Shown here one piece after another: positions 17,307 through 23,502 of a DNA stretch of 41,657 nucleotides. The position numbers and the translations under genes are program-made. The notes under the pieces were generated by a model. It saw nothing but the letters and a program-made list of their open reading frames with translations. It did not search any database and was not told the origin of the DNA. Source of the stretch: a virus; the IMG/VR virus record IMGVR_UViG_3300024520_000018. One strand, written 5' to 3'. How positions within the stretch are numbered: the first letter of the stretch is position 1; each line of letters opens with the position of its first letter.

Positions 17307-18097
17307 CGAAGTTATTCGGACCTGATGCGAAATACCCCTTAGTACGTTCCTATCAAGAGAAAGAAGCACCAGAGTTAGAGTTTATTGCAGGGCCATGTTC
17401 TGTAGAGAATTTGGAACAGATATATGCCATAGCTTGTAAGGTACGAGAAAATGGAGCAACCATGTTACGAGGTGGTTGTTATATATATGGAACGTACCCT
17501 CCGAAAAATAGTGGATTTGTAGCAGATAGATCACTATCTCTTTCAACAGCAGCAGATGGAAACAAACTTCCTTGGATAGTGGAAGTGATGGATGCACCAG
17601 ATATGCAACACGTTACAGATGCAGATTGGATACAGATAGGTATGCGTCATGCACAACATTATCCGTTGTTAAAAGCGATAGCTTCTTATGGAAAGAAAGT
17701 ATTATTAAAGCGTGGTTCATGGATGACAGTCGATGAAACGCTTGGGGCTATAGAGTATTTGCTTCAACATGGGGCAGAAGATGTAGCAATATGCGAGAGA
17801 GGAATCGTTAGCTTTGAAGACCATTGTAGGTGGAGTTTCTCTGCTTCGTTTATTGCGATGATAAAAGAATATACTGCATTGAAAATAGTAGCTGATCCTT
17901 CTCATGGCAGTGGAGACAGAAAGTTAGTTCCTAGACTTGCGAGAGCTGGAGTGGCAGCAGGTGCTGATGGAGTGTTATGTGAAGTACATCCTAACCCCAA
18001 CGAGTCTGTTTCCGATGCAGAACAAGCGATTGATTATGACACCTTTGAACAAGTAGTGAAGGGGTGTAAAGAAATAAAGGGATATGTTTATGGCTAA
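17294..18097 (+). CDS. DAHP/KDO8P synthase family aldolase (type I-beta-like), atypical PEP loop
   Basis: IAGPCSVEN, IQIGMRH, VLLKRG, ICERGI, ADPSHGSGDRKLV and GADGVLCEVHPNPNESVSDAEQA. The canonical RGGAFKPRTSPY loop is replaced by RGGCYIYGTYPPKNSGF. Confidence 0.65.
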   Translation: MSKLAKLFGPDAKYPLVRSYQEKEAPELEFIAGPCSVENLEQIYAIACKVRENGATMLRGGCYIYGTYPPKNSGFVADRSLSLSTAADGNKLPWIVEVMDAPDMQHVTDADWIQIGMRHAQHYPLLKAIASYGKKVLLKRGSWMTVDETLGAIEYLLQHGAEDVAICERGIVSFEDHCRWSFSASFIAMIKEYTALKIVADPSHGSGDRKLVPRLARAGVAAGADGVLCEVHPNPNESVSDAEQAIDYDTFEQVVKGCKEIKGYVYG

Positions 18098-19679
18098 CAA
18101 CCTTCAAATGTATAGAGTAGAGTTTGGTCAAAATATAGGTGGAATTAATGATTCTACACAAATAACGTCTGTAAAACAAAATGAAGCCTTAGACATACAT
18201 AATGTAAGATTAATACCTACCGGTGGAATACAGAAACGTAAAGGATATTATGTTGTCAATACAGCTAGTCTTGTCGGTTCTGGAACGATTACTGGGATTT
18301 TTAATTATTTACGTTTTACTGGAAACTCAGACTTAATCGTATGTGTGAATAGTGGTACTTCTGCGAGTAAAATATATAAGAAAGACGCTGGAACGAATAC
18401 GTTTACTTCTATTACACCTTCTGGAACATTCGCGGGTGGCGATGTAACTTTCGCTGTATCTAACGATATATTGATGATTGCGTCTGATGGTGGTTCTAAT
18501 ATTTTAAAATGGGATGGTTCTGCTACTGCTTGTACGGATTTGAATACTGCTACTGCTCCTTTAGGGCAAGTTGTAACAGATTGGAATAGACACGCTGTTG
18601 CTTTAAAAATACCAGCAAGAGGAAGTAATTTCGAAATATCACATCAAGGTGATTCTACACAGTGGAGAAATTCTGATCGGTTTCCTACAGACAGACAAAC
18701 TGTAGGTGCTACATCTTTACTAGGCAAACTGTATGTTTTTACTACAGATAGAATGTATGCTGTATCTGGAAATGACAGAGACAACATATCCATGCTTCCA
18801 GTTAGACGTTCCGTAGGAGGAACAAACCAAAGAAGTATAGTAAACGTAGCAAATAGAAACTTGATTGTATGGCCTTGGCGTGGAAACTTTTACGAATTTG
18901 ATGGAACCACTACCAACATAATTTCAAATAGGTTAGAAAGACCTTTAGCAAATACGAGTGATTTTTTTAATGTAAATCAATCTCTTTTTGATAATATACA
19001 AGGGGTAAATATAGCTTCAGAATCAAGAGTAAGTTTTTTGATTGCTGCAAGAAATAAAACACAAAATAGTTTCGTACTAAATTACCATTACGATTTAAGA
19101 ACACCAGACCCTAAGACTGGGAAAAGTATAGGTGCTTGGACTGTAGATAAATACGATAGAAACTTTGCGTATCTCGCTGTATCAGTAGAGGATGAAAAAG
19201 AGATTTTATATGCTGGAGATTACGATGGTCATGTATGTAGGTTAGATGTAGGGGATGCAGATGGTGATTCTTCCGAAGATGCAAACGATGGAAATGCTAT
19301 CCCATCAAGGTATCAGACTGGTCCATTTCACAACAATATGCCAGACATGACAAAAAGATGGAGAGAAATCATTCCTGTCGTTGGTCAAACTTCTAGTGGT
19401 ACTGTAACGATATCTACCGCAGAGAATTGGGCTGGTAGTTTTATAACCGCAGATACTGTTGCTTTGACTACAGGAGGGTTTGCTTCCTATTGGGGAGTAT
19501 CTAAATGGGGAGAAGGTCTTTGGGGAGCAGCGATATCGGTAATTAAACGATTATCTTTATCAAACCGAAGCGAAGCTCTTTCTATTAAGTTTTCTGATTC
19601 CAGTAAAGACCCTGCATGGCGAATCGATACTTGGGTATTGAGATTCCAGATACTGCCTGGTCTAAGGAGATTCCCATAA
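18090..19679 (+). CDS. tail structural protein (nozzle, tubular or baseplate-like; family not recognised)
   Basis: 530-aa ORF whose ATG overlaps the upstream stop (ATGGCTAA). Beta-rich composition. Lies directly upstream of the tail-fibre genes. Confidence 0.4.
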   Translation: MANNLQMYRVEFGQNIGGINDSTQITSVKQNEALDIHNVRLIPTGGIQKRKGYYVVNTASLVGSGTITGIFNYLRFTGNSDLIVCVNSGTSASKIYKKDAGTNTFTSITPSGTFAGGDVTFAVSNDILMIASDGGSNILKWDGSATACTDLNTATAPLGQVVTDWNRHAVALKIPARGSNFEISHQGDSTQWRNSDRFPTDRQTVGATSLLGKLYVFTTDRMYAVSGNDRDNISMLPVRRSVGGTNQRSIVNVANRNLIVWPWRGNFYEFDGTTTNIISNRLERPLANTSDFFNVNQSLFDNIQGVNIASESRVSFLIAARNKTQNSFVLNYHYDLRTPDPKTGKSIGAWTVDKYDRNFAYLAVSVEDEKEILYAGDYDGHVCRLDVGDADGDSSEDANDGNAIPSRYQTGPFHNNMPDMTKRWREIIPVVGQTSSGTVTISTAENWAGSFITADTVALTTGGFASYWGVSKWGEGLWGAAISVIKRLSLSNRSEALSIKFSDSSKDPAWRIDTWVLRFQILPGLRRFP

Positions 19680-19981
19680 TGCCATCTAAAAAACTTATAC
19701 CTCCTGTTTTTATACAGGATTTAACAGATGAATTTGCTCCTTCTATTATTCACGAAAATGTTGAAAATATATACAACTTTTTAGATAGTCATTTTGAATG
19801 GGGATCAGCAACATCAAATACAGGAACTACTTTATCAAGAATTAAGTCAACAGACTATATTGTAAATATCACCCCTTTAGCAGAACCAGGAAGTGCGACA
19901 GTTACAAAAGCTACTGCATCTTTCACTTACACAACAAGTGCTACAGTGGCATTTAATTATTTAGTTATTGGATCAAGTTAG
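19679..19981 (+). CDS. small tail-associated protein (100 aa)
   Basis: TAATG coupling at 19677-19681. The in-frame ATG at 19679 is more plausible than the track start at 19616. Confidence 0.45.
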   Translation: MPSKKLIPPVFIQDLTDEFAPSIIHENVENIYNFLDSHFEWGSATSNTGTTLSRIKSTDYIVNITPLAEPGSATVTKATASFTYTTSATVAFNYLVIGSS

Positions 19982-19989
19982 GAGTTATT

Positions 19990-21840
19990 ATGGGAACAGT
20001 TTCTCGCCCTTACACTTACACTGCTGGTGATGTTATTCAACCAGCCGAAGTTACAGATAACGAGACTACTTTATATACTCTCGTTAATGGAAATTTAGAC
20101 AACGACAACATAGATTCTTCGGCAGGAATTAAGGCAGCTAAACTTGATCTTGCCTCAGCGACTACAGCTTCATTCTCTACGAATGTGCTTATGTCTTTGT
20201 CTTCCACAATTACATTGGGAACAACAACACAAACGATTGCTGTAGGTAGTTCTGCTACAGTAACTATCACCGCTAGTGGCGGAGTTGCCGAAATCGGCAA
20301 AATGACTGTCATAGCTAGTGCTACTGTCGGCAATCTTAAAGTGTCAGGTACTGCGACATTGGGTGCATTGGCTACGCTAGGTACATTGGTCGTATCAGGA
20401 ACTGCTACGATAAGTGGTCTGGTATGTAGTGGCACTGCGACTGTCGGAGATTTGAAAGTATCCAACACAGTTACCATACCGAACTTAGTGGTATCAGGAA
20501 CAGCCACACTTGGTAATATTATAGCGAGTGGTACAGCAACTTTAAAGTCAATCGTAGTAAGTGGAACTGCTACCATTGGTGATTTAAAGGTAAGCAATAC
20601 TGTTACGTTACCTCGAATAGTAGTGAGTGGCACTGCAACGATAGGAAACATGATTATAAGTGGCACAGCTACTTTAAAATCTATTATTGTAAGTGGTACT
20701 GCGACATTAGGTGCGATGTTAGTGAGTGGAACTGCTACCTTCTCTACTGTACCCTTATTCCCTAACAACACTATTGAGACAGCAGATATTCAAGACAATG
20801 CAGTAACTCTTGCGAAGATGGCAGGATTGGCGAGAGGAAAGATTATTTATGGTGATGCTTCTGGTGATCCAGCAGCATTGACAGTAGGTTCTACTTCTAC
20901 AGTATTAACAACAGATGGTGTTGATATTTCATGGGCTGCTGTTAGTGGAGGAACTTCTACTTACGCTAGCATAGTGGTATCAGGAACAGCGACATTGGGT
21001 AATATCAAAACTAGTGGAACTATATCTGTATCTGCTACAGCGACAATGGATCATTTGTTAGTAAATGGCTCAGGAGCAAGTATGGCTCATTTTAAAGCTA
21101 CTGGAGCCGATGTAGATCATGTTTTAATAGAAAGTACTGATGGTGGTGCAGGCGAAGGCCCAGGGATGGCGTTCTACAGAAACAGTGCAAGTCCTGCTGA
21201 TAATGATCAGACTGGTAGAATACGTTGGTATGGTAATGATTCGGCTGGTGCTAAACGTCATATTGGTGGTGTTAATTGTAAATTTGCCGATGTTACCAAT
21301 ACCTCGATAGATTCACAAATAAGTATGGTTTCTTATAAGGACAACTCTGAACTAGTAGCATTGACAGTTCATGGGTCAGACGTAACTGTAGCAGGTAATC
21401 TTACAGTTGGAGGATCATTATCTGGTGCTGGTGGAAAAGTATTACAAGTTGTAAATATGTCAACCACGAGTGTTACAACTACCACATCATCATCTTATGT
21501 AGACACTAATTTAACTCTAGGAATCACACCTTCCGCTTCTTCTTCTGTTGTAATTGTTGAATGGGCAGGAACTTTCAATCTTGGTGGAACCAGAGGAACG
21601 TGGGCTGACATTGGGTTAGAGAGAGGAACTTCATCAATTCATTCATGGGGTGGTGAATACGCTGAAGGATTAGCTACTGGAAACTTTGATTTGCACTTTC
21701 CTTTAAGTGGGTCAATGAAAGACTCACCGAATACAGCAGGAGCAGTAACATATACAGTGCAGATCAGGACTGCTGGTGGAACCGCTAAGATGATAAGTCG
21801 AGGCACAGGCATTATGATTATATCAGAAATAGGAGCATAA
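19990..21840 (+). CDS. tail fibre or tail spike with SGTAT repeat domain
   Basis: N-terminus ...YTAGDVIQPAEVTDNETTLYTLVNGNLDNDNIDSSAGIKAAKLDL is the conserved phage-fibre N-terminal pattern. It is followed by 11 copies of SGTAT at roughly 14-aa spacing. Confidence 0.7.
   Translation: MGTVSRPYTYTAGDVIQPAEVTDNETTLYTLVNGNLDNDNIDSSAGIKAAKLDLASATTASFSTNVLMSLSSTITLGTTTQTIAVGSSATVTITASGGVAEIGKMTVIASATVGNLKVSGTATLGALATLGTLVVSGTATISGLVCSGTATVGDLKVSNTVTIPNLVVSGTATLGNIIASGTATLKSIVVSGTATIGDLKVSNTVTLPRIVVSGTATIGNMIISGTATLKSIIVSGTATLGAMLVSGTATFSTVPLFPNNTIETADIQDNAVTLAKMAGLARGKIIYGDASGDPAALTVGSTSTVLTTDGVDISWAAVSGGTSTYASIVVSGTATLGNIKTSGTISVSATATMDHLLVNGSGASMAHFKATGADVDHVLIESTDGGAGEGPGMAFYRNSASPADNDQTGRIRWYGNDSAGAKRHIGGVNCKFADVTNTSIDSQISMVSYKDNSELVALTVHGSDVTVAGNLTVGGSLSGAGGKVLQVVNMSTTSVTTTTSSSYVDTNLTLGITPSASSSVVIVEWAGTFNLGGTRGTWADIGLERGTSSIHSWGGEYAEGLATGNFDLHFPLSGSMKDSPNTAGAVTYTVQIRTAGGTAKMISRGTGIMIISEIGA
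20335..20745 (+). repeat. in-frame tandem repeats inside the tail-fibre gene (about 42-nt period; 132-nt higher-order duplication at 20446-20577 / 20578-20709)
   Basis: GDLKVSNTVTIPNLVVSGTATLGNIIASGTATLKSIVVSGTATI is followed directly by GDLKVSNTVTLPRIVVSGTATIGNMIISGTATLKSIIVSGTATL. Confidence 0.8.
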
Positions 21841-21841
21841 G

Positions 21842-22186
21842 ATGTCAGACATTCAAGAAGAAATCAAAGTATATATTATTGATGCAATTTTAGCTTTAGC
21901 TCCAAACGCAAAAGTAACTGTGCAAGGGGAAGAAATAGAAAAAGTAACATGGGAAGATGGAAACCCCAATAACATTACTAAGCAACAAATATTAGATAAA
22001 AAAGCAGAGCTAGAAACTAAATATACTAACGAGGAATATAAAAGAAATAGAGAAAAAGCGTATCCTACGTTTAGTGATTTTGTCGAAGCATATACTGAGA
22101 AAGAAATCTTAACTAGAAGCGATAAATGGATGGCATATATAGAGGCTTACAATAAAGTACGAACTGATTTTCCGAAACCAGAATAA
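21842..22186 (+). CDS. hypothetical protein after the tail fibre (114 aa; fibre-assembly or accessory candidate)
   Basis: Starts 1 nt after the fibre stop. No family recognised with confidence. Confidence 0.55.
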   Translation: MSDIQEEIKVYIIDAILALAPNAKVTVQGEEIEKVTWEDGNPNNITKQQILDKKAELETKYTNEEYKRNREKAYPTFSDFVEAYTEKEILTRSDKWMAYIEAYNKVRTDFPKPE

Positions 22187-22198
22187 AGGAAATAAATT

Positions 22199-22294
22199 AT
22201 GAACTGCAACTGCAAATTTCCATGTACGTGTAGCATTGTCGCAGTCGTTATCGGTATCATCACTGGTATCGTTATTTATCAAATAGGACTATAG
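22199..22294 (+). CDS. 31-aa Cys-rich membrane micro-ORF (below the track cutoff)
   Basis: My translation is MNCNCKFPCTCSIVAVVIGIITGIVIYQIGL. AGGAAATAAATTATG lies upstream. Confidence 0.3.
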   Translation: MNCNCKFPCTCSIVAVVIGIITGIVIYQIGL

Positions 22295-22295
22295 A

Positions 22296-22529
22296 ATGAA
22301 TAATTTAGGGGTTTGCATAAGTGCGTTTGTAGCGTTAATAGGTGGTTTATATATTGTATTGCAACTGTATGCTTACCCTTTACCAGAAGGTAGGAAATTG
22401 GAAGTGCGTGTCGATTCCAATGAGAAAATGGTACAGAGTATGGACATGAGACAGAGGTCTATAGCAGATAAAGTAGGAAAGATACATGGCATACTGGTTG
22501 ATCAAATTAAAGATAAGAATCACGATTAA
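22296..22529 (+). CDS. small single-pass membrane protein (77 aa)
   Basis: N-terminal helix GVCISAFVALIGGLYIVLQLY followed by a charged tail. Confidence 0.5.
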   Translation: MNNLGVCISAFVALIGGLYIVLQLYAYPLPEGRKLEVRVDSNEKMVQSMDMRQRSIADKVGKIHGILVDQIKDKNHD

Positions 22530-22546
22530 CCGCCCTAGAGGTGTAT

Positions 22547-23494
22547 ATGGATAACGCAGGTCTTCTAAAGAAGGAACAGTTAAAAGCTAGGAACGAAAAG
22601 ATAATGCAAGGTTGGTTACACAAATGGATATCCAATACTGCAACTAACTATGGAAGTAAACTGTTAGGCGAAGAAGAAAACTTTTCTAACTTGTTCATGG
22701 CACATAAAAACAAACCTGCATTGATTACAGGATCAGGACCTAGCCTTGAAGATACAATACCTCATATAAAGAACTTTGATGGGTTGGTTATCAGTACCAA
22801 TAGTTCTATGAGTCTGTTAATGAAGAATGGTATTAAACCAGACTATGTACATATTTTTGATGGTCAATATGAACCAAAGAGAATAGGGAACCTTCCCATA
22901 GATGATGTTACATTGATATGTGCGACCTTTGTTTTGCCAGAGATGGTAAAGTTTTGGAAAACGAAAGGGAAGGTATATGGGTTCAGTGCTTTCGATCCAG
23001 AGGAAGCATGGTTTAAAAAGTATATGTGGTATATGTACCGAGACTATGTAGGTATTCCCACTAGTGGTTCGGTAGGCCCTAACGCTATTCGGTTAGCAGC
23101 CTATATGGGTTGCAATCCCATTATCTTAACAGGGTTAGACCAAACCTTCACTGGTGGTAAGTATCGAGTAGATCAATACGACTACATTGATAATAAATAT
23201 GTATTAAAAGATTTTGATCACGAAGAAGCGATTAACAAGCAACCTATCAGTTATCACAATGGCAAACAGCTTTGGTATATCACTGGGATGATGTACCGAA
23301 CAGCGATTGTAGGTATAGCAGATGAGTTAAGGGATAAAGGATTATCGGTTGTTCGTTGTCATAATAAAGGCGATAAGAATTTTTATAAGGTAGAAGGTGT
23401 TCTACTAGAAGAAACTAAAGGAATTGAAGTAATGAACGCTACCATGAGTGGCGTATGGAAGAATGAACTTCCAAGATATAACTTAGTAGCATAG
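22547..23494 (+). CDS. Maf/DUF115 (MptE-like) family protein, putative protein glycosyltransferase
   Basis: KPALITGSGPSLEDTIPHIKNFDGLVISTNSSMSLLMKNGIKPDYVHIFDG and GSVGPNAIRLAAYMGCNPIILTGLDQTF fit the DUF115 core (GPSL ... KPD ... GSV ... G-D). The ATG at 22547 follows AGAGG; the track start is GTG 22541. Confidence 0.6.
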   Translation: MDNAGLLKKEQLKARNEKIMQGWLHKWISNTATNYGSKLLGEEENFSNLFMAHKNKPALITGSGPSLEDTIPHIKNFDGLVISTNSSMSLLMKNGIKPDYVHIFDGQYEPKRIGNLPIDDVTLICATFVLPEMVKFWKTKGKVYGFSAFDPEEAWFKKYMWYMYRDYVGIPTSGSVGPNAIRLAAYMGCNPIILTGLDQTFTGGKYRVDQYDYIDNKYVLKDFDHEEAINKQPISYHNGKQLWYITGMMYRTAIVGIADELRDKGLSVVRCHNKGDKNFYKVEGVLLEETKGIEVMNATMSGVWKNELPRYNLVA

Positions 23495-23502
23495 GGGGAA
23501 CT

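Noticed and set aside
12699-18097. The enzyme island as a horizontally acquired, independently expressed moron or defence island
   Set aside because: I found no internal promoter or terminator signals. Almost every junction is an overlap or abutment with flanking structural genes, and composition is not sharply different from the rest of the late operon. It looks integrated into late gene expression. No recognisable defence or anti-defence domains (nucleases, TIR, Sir2, toxin-antitoxin pairs and similar) were seen.
20037-20771. 244-aa ORF on the minus strand inside the tail-fibre gene
   Set aside because: It is the mirror image of the SGTAT repeat region, since GC-poor repeats without stops read open on both strands. 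It has no RBS and no independent context, and the plus-strand product has a recognisable fibre N-terminus.
19990-21840. Diversity-generating retroelement or other targeted hypervariation system acting on the tail fibre
   Set aside because: No reverse transcriptase ORF is present anywhere in the window. There is no template/variable repeat pair with adenine-specific differences. The repeats are in-frame structural repeats within a single gene.
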